From contig NC_057746.1 in the NCBI RefSeq assembly GCF_004010195.1, positions 22,812,989 through 22,876,988 of the forward strand: a DNA stretch of 64,000 nucleotides. Direction: 5' to 3'. Within the stretch, counting starts at the first letter, position 1, and every line of letters begins with the position of its first letter. Of the stretch, positions 49,281-62,711 are shown one piece after another. The position numbers and the translations under genes are program-made. Source of the stretch: Chiloscyllium plagiosum. Taxonomy: Eukaryota. The notes under the pieces are model-generated. The model saw nothing but the letters and a program-made list of their open reading frames with translations, had not been told where the DNA came from and did no database searches.

Positions 49281-52200
49281 TAACTTCTGATATCTGTGTT
49301 CAAGAGAGCTAGAATATTAGAGCAAAAATGTACAGCTGAGACTGTCTTCGGGAGAACACCTCGCTGCTGCTAGCAGCAGCCCCGGGGGGATGACCTTGCT
49401 GCTGCTGTCACAGGCCCTGCATGGTGGGACAAGGTACTCGCTGCTGCCACCTTCCTGTTGCCAGGAGAACCATCCTGTCTGTGGCCACTTGCTATTGCCG
49501 GGAGAAGCCACATCTGCCGACAGCCCGGTCTTGCCAGTGCTGCTTCAGCCCACTACGGAAAAGAAGAAAATAAAGACGAAAAGAAAAGGAAAATAAAGCG
49601 AAAGGCAAGAGCAGAAGCAAAAGTAAAATAAAGAAGGCAAGCGGGTGGGCCCCTGGCAAGAGTCCGCACCCAGCCCTTTTATTCCCTGTCATCATGAGGA
49701 ACAGTTCAGACTCTGGGTCAGCACTTGATGGAGTTCAGAAGGATGAAGGGAGATCTGATTGAAACTTACAGAATACTGAGTCGCGTGGATAGAGTGGAGA
49801 AGATGCTTCCACTAATATGAGAGACTAGGACCCGAGGGCACAGCCTCAGAGTGAAGGGGCAATCTTTTAGAACTGAGAGAAGGAGGAATTTGTTCAGCTG
49901 TGGGTGGTTAATCTGTAGTACTCATTGCTGCATAGGATTGTCATTGAATGTATTTAAGACAGAGATAAATGGGTTCTTGATTGGTAAGGGGATCAAGGAT
50001 CACAGGGATTGAGAAATACAACCACTATGATCGGATGGTGAAGCAGACCACATGGACCGAATAGCCTAATTCTGTTCCTATATCTTATAGCCTATGGTAT
50101 TATAGGATTAAAAAGTGGCAGGAAAGAGAGCTCAAGATATACCAGGGACAGGAAGATGATTGAGGTAAATGCTTGGGGCAGGAAGAGGGGTTTAGAATAT
50201 GCACAGGCAGAGGGAACTGTGCATGGGATGGGGAGATCCTTATCCATCTCCATGTCTAATTTCTTCAGTATGTCAACTTTTAACATTTTGGTTCATGTCC
50301 TGAAATCCTTGGTTCACCAGTTCTAATCTTCTCTAACCCATCATCTTTTTGTTTGCCTTTTCCACCTTTGCTTTATTGCCTGCTGTCCCGTCCTTTATCA
50401 TATTATGTTCTGTCTGTGAAATTGTTTTCCTAAACCCTTTGCAAAGACAAATCTCTCAATCCTGCTTCAGAAGCCATGTTTAATCCAAGGAGTTAGCATG
50501 AGTTTTTCGCTCACTGAGTCTATTTTGCCATTCAGCAAGATAATGTCTGATTTCTAACCCAACTTTCCTAACTGCACACTTCCATCTCTCTCTCTCTCTC
50601 TCTCTCTGTATCTTCTTGCTGGACGCTTTTTCTCCATGTTAGGGGATGCACAAGAAGTATTTTTACTCTTATGACAACTGTAAACCCTGTTTTTACCATT
50701 GGTATGTTACTAGTGTGATATTTTCCCTTACCCACAACAGCTGCCAAGTAACCCCCACACTCGATTCAATTGCAGCTACACTTGTTCACCCTTCCCTGAA
50801 AAACAATGAGCTTTGATTTTTGCACTCTCCTTTGCTGTTTTAAAAGCCTCTTTAGTATATCAATGTGTCATCTTTACATATGTTTTAATTTAACTGCTCA
50901 TACTAAATGCTATGTAACACCAAAAAGAAAGCAAAATACTTGGAATCCTGGAAATCGGATGTAAACAAAAAGCTGGTGCCATTCGTATGTTACGTATCCT
51001 CTGAAAAGAGAGAGAGCACTGACGCTTGACTTCCAGCAGAATTGTCAGGATGAAAGGTGATTGATTTGAAATGTTAACTCCACTTCTCTTGTCACATGGG
51101 CTGCCCTAACATGCTACATATTATTATCAATTTTCATTAATCTATCATGGCAATGAACTTGCGACTCCTCTTGATAATTTATTCAAGGAAAGAAGAAGGG
51201 ATATAGCTATTAGGATAGGTGAAAGGGGTGTTTAGATGTAGACCGCTTAGTTTTTCAAATAACATTGGATAACTTTTCACTTGAAAGGTAGACACACAAA
51301 ATTAGCAAGTTTGGAGCTAGTAATATGTCAGTGTGGATGGGGAATTGATGAACAGACAGGAACAGAAAGTCAGGATAAATGGGATATTTTTAAGTTGACA
51401 TGGTGTAACTCATAGAATTCTGTAAGAATCTGTACTCACCTATTTGCAATCTATATTAATGACTTAGTTGAACATTGAGAGAATACGTTCACATTTGCTG
51501 ACAGTAGCAAGCTGTGTGGAAATGTACGCTGTAGAGAAGACACAGATGCTGTGGAGGTAGAAGCAGGTTGAGTGAGCAACAAGATGAAGTATAATGTGAG
51601 ATTATATACTTTGATAACAAGAACAAAGAGGCAAACTATATCATAGAAACACAGAAAACAGAAGCAGCAGTAGGCCTTTTAGCCCTTCAAGTCTGCTGAA
51701 ATGTTTGATATGATCATGACTGATTATCCAACTCAGTCCCCTGTTCCTTCTTTTTCCATATACCCTTTGATCCTTTTAGATCTAAGAACTATATGTAACT
51801 CTTTCTTGAAAACATTCAATGCTTTGGTTTCACCACTTTCCCTGACACACAATTCCACAGTCTCATCACTCTATGGGAGATGAGATTTCTCCTCATCTCA
51901 GTCATAAATGATCTATCCCCTTAGACTGTGATCCCTGCTTCTGGACTCTACGCTCATCAGGAATGTCCAGTGTATTTTTTAAATTCATTTATTGATGTCA
52001 TTAGCTGGACTAGCATTTTTTTATTCCTAATTGCCCAGAGTCAGTCAGTCTCATGCTGTGTGTCTGGAGACACATGCAGGACAGACCTGGTAAGGACAGC
52101 AGATTTCCTTCCTGAAAAGACATTACTGAACCAGGTGGGTACTACCCTCTGCGTGCAAGAGTTGCCCCTTAGGTCTCTTTTATATCTTTCCCCTCTCAAC

Positions 52201-52554
52201 CTAAACCTATGCTCTCTTGTTCTGGACTCCCCCACCACAGGGAAGAGACTTTGTCTATTTATCCTATCCATGACCCTCATGATTTTATACCTCTTGGGCA
52301 ATTTTCCCTTTTGTTGGGAAAATGCCAGCATTGTAGCTAAACTGGAACAGCTTGGCTATGTTGCAGCAAGTTCTAGAGCTCATGTCTCCAGAGCAATATT
52401 CATTACTTCCAGCCCATTTCTTTGCTATTTGTCTCACAGTTGTGAAAGAATAGTTGGGTTTACATACATTTTATTCCTTTTAAAGAAATGTTGCATATGA
52501 TCCATTTCACAATTAAAGAAAGGATGTGTATGTAGATAAGAAAATAACAACATT

Positions 52555-53635
52555 CCATAGTGGATGTGTTCAATTTGAATTTCAAGAAGGCTTTTGACAA
52601 GGAGTGCTAAACAAGAGCCCATAGTGTTTGGAGAAAGATATTGACATGGATAGAGATTTGGCTCACCAACACAAGGCAGGAAGAGGAGATAATGGGGTCT
52701 TTTTGAAGGTGGCAGTTAGTGAACTAGTGTAGTTCCATAGGGGTCAGTATTGGGACCACAATTGTTCATGTAACACATTAACAAGCTGGATGAAGGACGT
52801 GTCAGCATTGTTGCTGAGTTTGCAGATGACACAAAAATAGGAGGGACAGATATTGCTGAAAAGATGAGGAGGCTGCAGAAGGACTTGGACAGGCATGGAG
52901 AATGGGCAAATAAATAGCAGATGAAATACAATGGGCAAAGGCTTCAAAAATCTTAAAAACAAAGGAGTCCATGTTCAGGATCATCTTAAGCTTAACATGC
53001 AGATTCAGCACATAGTTAGGAAGGCAAATGCAATGTTAGCATTCATTTTGAGAAGGGTAGAATACATGAGCAGCGGGGTACTGCTGAGGTTATATAAGGC
53101 TCTGTTAGACTGCATTTTGCACAGTGCCTTGTGTTTTTAGGAAGGAACAATTGCTGGCATCAGAGGAGGTTCACAAGAATGATCCTGGGAATGACGAGCA
53201 TGTCATACAAGAACTGGTTGAGGACTCTGAATCTGTTCTTAATGGAGTTTAGAAGGATGAGGATAGAATCTCAATCAAAATTGCAGAATACTAAAAGGCC
53301 TGAATAGAGTGGACTGGAGATGATGTTTCCACAAGTAGGAGAAACTAGGACCTAAGGCGACAACTTCAGACTGAAGGGACAACCCTTTAGAACTGAGATA
53401 AGGACAAATTTCTTCAGTCAAAGGATGGTGGAACTCATTGCCACTGAAGGCTGTGGAGGCCAAGTCATTGAGTATATTTAAGACATAGGTATGTTCTTGA
53501 TTAATAAAGGGATCAAATGTTACAGGGAGAAATTAGGACAATAGGGTTGAGAAACTCTTCAGGTATGATCAGACAGCGGAACAGACATGATGGGTCGATG
53601 GTCTAATTCTGCTCCGATATCTTATGGTCTTATGG
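52555..53635 (+). mobile_element. Degraded CR1 RT and 3' end
   Basis: GTTCCATAGGGGTCAGTATTGGGACC, TTTGCAGATGACACAAAA (FADDTK), CR1 3' tail. Confidence 0.85.
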
Positions 53636-54559
53636 ATGAGCAGGGACTAGCAGGTGGAGAAATTATTGTTCTGAAAAATCAGACCCTAAGAGTTTTCCTT
53701 GTTGTCTATAACCTTCCATGTGGGGTATCCCTCACTTGGGGGAAAAAAAAAGTGTTTGGATGTAAAATGATCAAATAATTTGATGTGCTGCAGAACACCT
53801 TTTTATTAAGAGTGTTACATTTTTGGTTATATCAACTAGAAGTTTTTCCACAGCTGAAATAGCATGTCATGGTAATGATATGCCCAAAATATGTGAAAGA
53901 ACAGGAGTCAGTATCATTAAGCCTTTACCATTATGGACTGCCTCTAAATGAATGAATTGTGAAAAAGCATATATTCCTGAGGATGATTCAGACTTGAGTA
54001 TACCCCACTGATGACTAACCAAGACAAACAATTCCTTCAAAAGTTGCCCAATTACACATTACAGATAACTGAATACAGAAATAGCAATAAGATAATTGCT
54101 CATATTTGTCTTGTTGGATGTACATAGAAACAAAGTGACCACAACTTTGCAGCTGTAAGTCAAAAAGTATTGCATCATGGGCTTTGCCAGCACCTTAGAA
54201 GTAGGTACACAGTTGATGGCAAATGATCCTTTAATTAGCGAAGCAAACAAAACTTTGGAGGACTGGATTTTTATGAAAGACACCAGAAGCCATTTATAAA
54301 TGGCAGCAGTACCCCCATTCCCCAATATCCCAAATTTTGCTGCTGTTGGATAAGGGTGCAATAGTGAGACTGTGTACTGGCTACTTCTGACCTGCCCAGT
54401 TCTATTATGGGGGTGAATGTCTTACTACAATTTTTGGGGAGTCAGGTCAGCTTCACCATGACTCATTCATGGATTTCAAGGAATTGCAAAACATAGTGTG
54501 TAATGATTTATATTTTAAATTCAGGAGCCTTTTGGAAACTCTTCATGCTAACTAAATGC

Positions 54560-55706
54560 CAAATTGTGTCACACTCACTCATTCCCAAAGCCTTTTGTTG
54601 TTCCCATCCCAACTCAAAACCCCCAATCTGAATTGTACCTCATGCCATCTCTGCAAACTCAAGGCATCAAATGAAATGTTAATGAGCCCGGCTGGTCACA
54701 TTTGTATGTCAGATGCCCTTGCTTTATTGGTCGTTGATTGTCTTCACAACGCTATACATGGTGGTGCTCACTCGACATCTGACCTCCTCTTGACCACCTG
54801 GTGGCACCCTCACCTCCAGCAGATGGCCCAAAGTGTCAGTGCTCGATGCCTCACCTGCCAAGAACACAACCTGGGCGAGGATGTGCCTTGCCTGGTGGGG
54901 CAGACACCCGTCCCTGAAGGGCCCTTCCAAACCCTTTGACTTGACTTCATTGAGTTGCAAAAGTGTCAGCATTATAAGTATGTTTTGGTAATTGATGACG
55001 TTTTTTCTAGATGGGTTGAAGCTTACCCCACTTCTAATGCTACTGCCAAAACTGTTGTAAATATTTTACTCCAAGAAATTATTCCTCCCTTTGGGATTCC
55101 CATTTACTTATCTTCTGACCATGGCGCTCATTTTATTGGTGATATTAATGAGGAATTATGCTGTCTGTTTGGAATCCGCCGCCAACATCATTGTGCTTAT
55201 CGCCCACAGGCTGCAGAGCTCGTGAAGCATTGTAACCAGACTCTGAAAAGTAAACTTGCCAAGTTGACTTCTGAGACAGGTCTTTCCTGGGCTAGGCTAT
55301 TACCATTGGCGTTGTTTCACCTACAGTGCACTTCTCTGGATAAACTCGCTAATCCCCAGCCGAAATCGTCTACGGTCAAGTTTTCTGCATAACTTGGACT
55401 GATGCCACCTCCCCTATTCACTTCCACCACATGATTGAGGACATGTCCTCCTATGCTGTCTTTGTGACTAAAATTTTGTGAGGTCTTCACTCCCAAGTCC
55501 TTGCTGCTCATGAGAAGCTCCCCTCCCTTGAAAGTGTTCTGATTATTGAACCAGGCTCTTTCGTTCTCATGAAGAATTGGACACGCCGTAGCCTCCAAAG
55601 TCGATGGGCAGGACCTTTTCAGGTCCTCCTCACCACCACGACTGCTGTTAAGGTTGCCAGGCACTCGGCCTGCGTTCACCTCCATCATTGCAAGGTCATC
55701 GCATGA
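54560..55706 (+). pseudogene. pol: Retroviral pol integrase domain, disrupted
   Basis: HHCC zinc finger (LHNAIHGG...WWHP...CLTC), catalytic core (LDFIEL...DVFSRWVEAYPT...SSDHGAHF...AYRPQAAELVKHCNQTLK), GPY/F motif (WAGPFQVLLTT); stops and frameshifts present. Confidence 0.92.
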
Positions 55707-56099
55707 GCCCCTTGCAAGGGGGGAGATGATGGAGATGGAGACAATGGGGAACTAAGAGAAGAATCTGAATCAAACCCGACTACTAAGATATAGCTTCATC
55801 TTTCGATTAGTAATTCTTCTTCTGTTTTAGATATCCCAATCCTTGATCCAGAAATGACCATTATGATGAAGATCGAACTTACCCTGCTAAATGGACTTGC
55901 CGTCGCCGGCATTGGTGCTCAAGAAGGGACTGTTTACCCGTGTGATCCTGAACAACCAGAGACTGTACCATTTATGCTGAAAAGATGTTCTTGTGTGCCG
56001 AGAGACTGATTCCTTTGCATGGAATGTTACCAAGAATAACTGTCGCAATGGTCAACTGCATCAAGAAGATCGGACAGTTCATCTACAGAACAAGTCTCA

Positions 56100-57715
56100 A
56101 TGGCCTTTACTCTGTCAAGGTGTGGTGTGGTAGTTTGATTTTAGTTGTGCTATGGGCAACCCTGGTAAACCTTGCCCCTATTCAAAGAGGTCTAAATCTG
56201 CACGTCGCAAAAGAGAGAAGGGGAAATGTGATCTTTCACTAACAATTTGTTTCTTCAAAGTCACAATAAAATAATTAGCCAGGATGAAGTGGTCTGTTAC
56301 GCCTTCACATCAGCAAAAGACTCTCTGACCCCTTTCCCCCTCCCAAATCCCAACAACGGAGTATGGAATGCTTCTAAGGCGTTTACCGGATGTAATTTTT
56401 TTTTTCTGACTATTACTTATCCCAACCTGCTAGTTGCTTGTGGACCTCCTCTAATAAGTCCGGGGTAGCCTATCCAAATTGTTGCTGCAGTAAGGGATGG
56501 GGGTGCACTTACATGAATGTGACTAAGACCATGTACTATGATGAATTGTACCAACCGCTACTGCTCTCCTGTGGGACCTCTCATCTCGTGCACATGCCTG
56601 CTGGAGAAGTGTGTCTCTGTTATTGCTGGTATTCAAATCCTTTGTGGAATGGGTAATGGCACCTACCTTCACTATGAGACCCCTAATGGCACTTCCATCT
56701 TCCCAGTTGTGGGATGGAAGGAACCAATCTGAGTCAATAACCGCATCTCTTACTGAAAGACCCACATTTTCTCTTGAGCAGCTTCCACCCTAAGTGCTCA
56801 GGGCAACCATACTTTGTGGCCATGGACTACCCATATGTTCGGGGTAGTCACAAAGACAGGCCTGCTTCTTGGGGAGCTCCCTCCATAATCTATACTAAAC
56901 CTGGACATTATTTCTTCAGCCAAGGCAAAGCGACCAACTTCTTTGTCCTTGATGAAATAAGTACTCCCTGTGCTGTAGCTGTAGGGACACTTTTCCTGAC
57001 TACTATTCCCTGTCCAATAACCTGGGAATGGTGTTGGGGTTTCCCTGCCAAACGTTCAGTTTCTACTGAATTCTGCGCGCATTGGAAGGGTGCTAAGGCT
57101 TTGGGCAGCACTAAAGATCACTCTGTGGGCTGTGCATTTCTTAGTACCTTTTCCTTAGGAGGATCTGCAGGAATTATTAGCCATCAAAATTGAAATTATC
57201 TTATTTGTGGTCTCATCCTCTTGGGCAACAAGACGGCCTCAGCCTTAGCAGGAGCTAAGTACATGCTCTCAGATTTACGTCTATTTTCCCAGCAAAGCCG
57301 GTACACCCTCGACTGCCTACTTGCCAAAGAGAGTGGGGTTTGTGCCATAGTTAAAGACAGGTGTATGATGGAGGTTACTGACCTCATTGCAGATACTACC
57401 AAGCATGTTGCTAACATTTGCACCTTCGTCAATCAAATGACAGAAGGTCCTGGATGGGGAGATACAGGTTTTGGCTCATGGTACAACTCGTTGATAAATC
57501 TGGCCATGAATATTGGTATTATTTTAATTTGCCTCTTTGCTGGCATTGCTATTGTTAAATGTATTATTGCCAAGCTAATGGCTTCTGTTGACAACATCGG
57601 TTCCCCCGAGAAAATGCTTCTTCTCCATCCAGATGAAGATGGGGAGGAGCGATTGCCTACCCCTGCTCCCTCCCCAGAGGAGGTGGAAGTATGGCAGTCT
57701 CTAGTGTCCATTTGA
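56100..57715 (+). pseudogene. env: Retroviral env (SU and TM), disrupted
   Basis: Hydrophobic leader, furin-like PAKR/SV site, immunosuppressive-domain-like QQSRYTLDCLLAKESGVC, CX6C (CAIVKDRC), TM helix IGIILICLFAGIAIVKCII. Confidence 0.9.
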
Positions 57716-57781
57716 TTAGACTGATCTAATCTATGCCCTCCCATCCTATGGTGTGGTCATGGAATAACCAAAGGGGGGAGA

Positions 57782-58467
57782 TGAGGATCTGAAAACTGAA
57801 TACAGGCTGAGGTAACTAGTTGTTGTCAGGAACAAGCACTTAACACATGCTTTTCCTAACTTAGGTGGCAATAAAATGGCTTTTTAATGCAAATAATATG
57901 ACAAAGTGACTTCGAGGCTGCAAATTGACGATTCTGCTAAAAGCTGCATCAGGCTTTTAACTCTGATCAAGTTGGATAATTGACTAAGCACAGTCTGCCT
58001 CAACAAAGATTAGCAGACAATGCTTCCTTTACAGCATAGAAATAATTAGACTAGGTAAGACATTACTGGCCATCATAATTGACCTTCAAGTGCAAGTACA
58101 AAAACTTGGTTCCTGAGACAAGAGTGGCTTGAGTGTTGGAAAACAAAGTTGGTTGCCAGGAAAAATCATTGGGCTGAGTTGCTGTCAACGAAGCTATTTC
58201 ATTATTTGATTGGTAATTGTCTGAATGTACTGTACAATTATGGCCTGTACCTTTCTTGAAGAAAAGTATAAAAATGTGTTTGTTTTAAGCCACGTGCGCA
58301 GCTTTTCTGAGCAACACAAAAGTGTTTAATCTCTGTTTCTGGACAATCTATGCCCAGCTGCATGAGGAGTAAAGTGTGAAGTCTTAAAGAACCAGACTGA
58401 TTGCTATTGTTTTTTGACCTGATTGTGGAACTTTGAGACCCCGCTGGAAATCGAGATTTTTACTTCA
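57782..58467 (+). repeat. ERV 3' LTR (about 686 bp)
   Basis: Starts TGAGG right after the PPT AAAGGGGGGAGA and ends CTTCA; ATTGG at about 58210, TATAAAAA at 58267, AGTAAA at 58368; followed by a CR1 3' tail. Confidence 0.8.
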
Positions 58468-58921
58468 TGATAGGAAAGGCTTGGAGGGATATAGGCCAGG
58501 AGCAGGCTGGTGGAATTAGTTTAGTTTAGAATTATGTTCGGCATGGACTGGTTGGAACAAAGGGTCAGTTTTATGCTGTATGACTCTGACCTTTACAAAT
58601 TGAAAGTTCCATAATTCCATGATCTTTATGAGGAAACAAATCACCTCATCTGTGCTTTAAATTGGCAATCTTTTATATTTTGAACTTCCTGAATAGAAAC
58701 ATTGAAACATAGGAGCTGGAGTATGCCATTTATCCCATTGAACCCACTTTGCCGTGAAGCATAATAATGGCTGGAAAATGGAGCTGAATCCAAATGGTTA
58801 TTACCCATAATTGTGATGAATGATGGAGCAGACTTAAGGAGCCTGCTCCGATTTCTTAATGTTATTCAGTTTGGTAATCTGGACAAACCTATCGTTATGA
58901 AACTCACTGTTTCTCTTGCAG

Positions 58922-59017
58922 GAAAAATTGGGACAGGCTATCAACTTCCTCCAGTCCCAAAAGGAGAAGGCCTGTCAAAGCCAAAGCCAAGAAGAGGCAA
59001 AGATTTGTAAATTACAG
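58922..59017 (+). CDS. TRIM gene B, coding exon 2 (96 nt, coiled coil)
   Basis: TTTCTCTTGCAG|EKLGQAINFLQSQKEKACQSQSQEEAKICKLQ|GTGAGT; phase 0/0; same size as TRIM A exon 2. Confidence 0.92.
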
Positions 59018-60394
59018 GTGAGTGTCATATGATTTGTCTCATCCACTGGCTTTCTCGGTAGAGGATGTCATGACGTTTGAACAAAGAACATAAATATTCG
59101 AGTAATGTCTTTGCCTAAAAGTTGTATCGTTACTGGGGCACTCTGGCATTTATTTAATTCATGAAATTCTCTTAATGTGCACATGTGTTTGAAGGTGGTA
59201 AGACAAGTTTTTTTTCTAAAAAGGAGCATGTGGAATCCTTAGCTTTAAAAGCAGAGTTATAAAGTGTAGCTTCGGATTAAAATTGAGAAGTCTGATTATT
59301 GTTCAAATACTGAAAAGTTGGAAATGGTGGAGTTCAAAAGCGCTTTAGGGATCCATGTCCATATTTTAATATTATCAAAAATGTACAAAAAATGCCAGTG
59401 GAATATTGGCCTTTATATCTGAAAGGTTAGACTATAAATTTAGCTCGAGTTCTGCAAAGCAATAGTTAGGCCATAACTGGAGTGCTCTGTACAGTTCTGG
59501 ACATCTCTGTTTAGAAAATATATATTGAATTTGAAAGGAGTGTAGTGTACATTCATCACAATGTTAGCAGGTTTCTGAGGATATGATTCATTGAGGTATT
59601 TAGGATTTTGATAATATGTTAGAGAGAAGGTCTTTCCGCTGGTGAAGTGGTTAGGACAACTGGGTATAAGTTTAAAATCAGACCAGGTTATTCAATGTAG
59701 AGCAACAACAAGTTGTATTTGTGTGGTGTCCTGTATAAAAGTCCCCAGGTGCTTCACAGGGACATCACAATGTAAGATGTGATGTAGAGATAATGAAGCG
59801 GATGACTAAATGCTCAGTGAAAGGAGTAGATTTTAAGAAGCAACTGGAGAAGTTGAGAGATCAGATGTATGGAGGGAATTCCAGACCCAGAATTAGAGTC
59901 CAGATATCTCAGGGTTGTGGAGCTGAAGACAATTATTGAGATAAGGAGTGCTAATGCCAGTGAGAGTTTAAAACCACAGATAATATTTTAAAATCAAGGC
60001 ATCACTTAATTTGGTACTAATGGAGTTTAGTGAACATTGTTGGTGGGACAATAGACTTAGTGCAACGGATAACATGGGTATCAGAGTTATAGGTGACCTC
60101 AGACTTACAGACGGTAGCATGTGGGAAGCTGAAAAAATGTGCTTTGGGATAATAAGGACCAGGGGTTACAAAGGTATGATTGTATGTTTCAACAGGACGT
60201 AAGCTGAGGCAGGTGTGATATGGGTGGAAATAGGTGGCCTCAGTGAACCTCTGTACTGGTAAATGGGAGTTCAAGTCGGAGTCAAATACAGCACTCAAAA
60301 TTACAAGCAGACTGGTCTAGCACTAGACATTTGCCAGCAAAAAGAATAGAGTTAGCAGCAATGGAAGGGAAATTTGTAAAAAGGGTCAAACCTA

Positions 60395-61100
60395 GTCATA
60401 GAGATGTACAGGATGGAAAGAGACCCTTCGGTCCAACTTGGCCATGCCAATCAGATATCCCAATTCAATCTAGTCCCACCTGTCAGCACCTGGACCACAT
60501 CCTCAAACCCTTCCTATTCATATTCCCCTCCAGATGCCTTTTAAATGTTGCAATTATACTAGCCTTCACCACTTCCTCTGGCAGCTCATTCCATACACAT
60601 ACCACCATCTGTGTGAAAAAGTTGCCCCTTAGATCTCTTTTATATCTTTCCCCTCTCACCCCAAACCTATGCCCTCAAGTTGTGGACTACCTCAACCCTA
60701 ATCAGTCCTTGCCCTTCCAAATACATGTGTATCCTGTCCCTTAGGATTCCCTCCAACAACTTGCCTGTTACCGATGTCAGGCTCACTGGTCTATAGTTCC
60801 CTGGCTTATCCTTACCATCTTTCTTAAACAGTGGTACGTTAGCCAACCTCCAGTCCTCTGGCACCTAATCTGTGACTATTGATGATACAAATATCTCAGT
60901 AAGAAGCCCAGCAATTACTTCCCTAGCTTCCCACAGAGTTCTAGGGTACATCTGATCAGGTTCTGGAGATTTATCCACTTTTCAAGACATCCAGCACTTC
61001 TTCCTCTGTGTAATATGGACATTTTTCAAGATGTCACCATCTATTTCCCTGCATTCTATATCTTCCATGTCCTTTTTCACAGTAAGCACTGATGCAAACT
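60395..61100 (-). mobile_element. CR1 LINE fragment with internal deletion
   Basis: PEDWRLANVPLFKK...NYRPVSLTS joined directly to 3'-end sequence near 60690. Confidence 0.85.
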
Positions 61101-62477
61101 TAATGAGCTTTGGTCTTCTCAATATTTAATACATGGATATTTCTATTTATCCAGACTGATAATTTACAGACAGTAGAAAAATCAAGAGAAGTGATAATGA
61201 GGTAGAGCCAAATGTTATCTGAATGCGGGTGAAATCTGGGATTATGTTTCTGTATGAATTTACCCAAGGTGTCGCATGAGGATTAGGCGGAGAACAAGGA
61301 TAGCTCTGATGAAGCTCAAGACTCAAAATGTAGCTTATTTTCTCTCCATGGAGGCTTCCTGACCTGCTGTAATCTCCAGCACTTTTTGTTTTCAATCAAG
61401 GATAAATCCTCATCAGGATACAAGAGATAACAGTGCAGGAACAGAAAGAGAAGCCATCGCAAGTTGTATTCTAGCTATGATCAGGTAGATGAGCATGGAA
61501 CCAGTCAAATATAGTCCTCCCCCGCTGTCCGAGTTGAAAATGATGGTGTGGTCAACAGTATCAGTGGCTGCAGACATGAAGGATAGTTTGTTTTTGTTAG
61601 ACTTGGCTGAAAAGGAAAGCTGATTTGATGGAGTTCTGGAAATAACAACATATTCAAGGAGATCTGAAATGAAACCGCAGTTGCAAATGGAGTGATAGTT
61701 TACTCATGAACTGGGACAGGATTATTGCTTTATTTAAGGAGTGGGTGCTTACAGCAGATTTGAGGGAATGATAGACAGTACCTGAGGAGAGAGAACTGTT
61801 AACAATACTAATTAATGTTGGAGCCAGGATAAAGTTCTAATGAGTAGAGATTGGAGACAAACTGAAGAAGGATCAAAGTTAAGAAGTGAGAGGAGCCTCC
61901 GAGGACAGTTGGCCTAGTGTGTTCCTGGGAATGGAAGGAGTGGCAGATTCAGCTGTTCAGATGGTCTCAGTCTTATTGACAGAAATTTGTGAGCTTCTAT
62001 CCTTTGTTATTGGAGGTGAGGATGGAGAGGACAAGGATGAGATACTGTCTACAATGAAGAGCAGAGGCTAGGGATTTTCTTTGTATTGTTGGATGATCCT
62101 GGAACAGTGAACAAAGATGAGAGCTGAACAGGGGGAATGCCTAGGGTGAAGGGGGAGTCATGGTTTTGTTTTGAAACAGTGCCATCAGAGGTAAAAATCA
62201 AGGTATGATTGATTAAATCAGCAGATCAGCATTTCTTGGTAAAAGTGCCAGTCACAAGACTGGTAACGTCTCATCTCCGCAGAGCACTGACCAGGGACTG
62301 CCTTTACCTCTGATGTTAGGTCTCCTCGGAATGTATGCTTAACTCCTTTGTCCAATGCTTGTTTTTATTAGTTAGCTGCAAGCCTTAGCCAACCAAATTA
62401 GACATGCAGCTGTATCTCCAACTACTCAGAAAATAATAACTTATATTGATAGACTTTACTGGATAATTTTCACCCAG

Positions 62478-62711
62478 GAGCAAGGCAAACTGCTGAAGGA
62501 GCAGGTTGATGCCGATCTGTTCGCCATCTATCAATTTTTGGATGAAAAGAAACAAGAACTGCAATCAAAGATTGAGCAGCAAGTGTGCCAAATCATTGAA
62601 CCCTTGCAAGAAAACGTGCAGAAGATCCAAAGGGAAATGTCCTCAATTGAGCAAATCATTCTGGATGTCCAGTTGCAACTAAGTTTCAAGGAACCTCGAG
62701 AGCTTCTCCAG
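62478..62711 (+). CDS. TRIM gene B, coding exon 3 (234 nt, coiled coil); remaining exons presumably beyond the window
   Basis: TTTTCACCCAG|EQGKLLKEQVDADLFAIYQFLDEKKQEL...PRELLQ|GTGAGA; same size and phase as TRIM A exon 3. Confidence 0.93.

Larger units (their letters stand above)
54560..58467 (+). mobile_element. Endogenous retrovirus remnant (class I, gamma/epsilon-like): integrase, env, PPT and 3' LTR; gag, RT and 5' LTR not seen
   Basis: Supported by the pol, env and LTR features below; lies in sense orientation in intron 1 of TRIM gene B. Confidence 0.92.

Noticed and set aside
57221-57715. Open 164-aa env TM ORF as a possible syncytin-like domesticated gene
   Set aside because: SU has several stops and frameshifts, there is a stop at about 57191 just upstream, and the ORF has no signal peptide.
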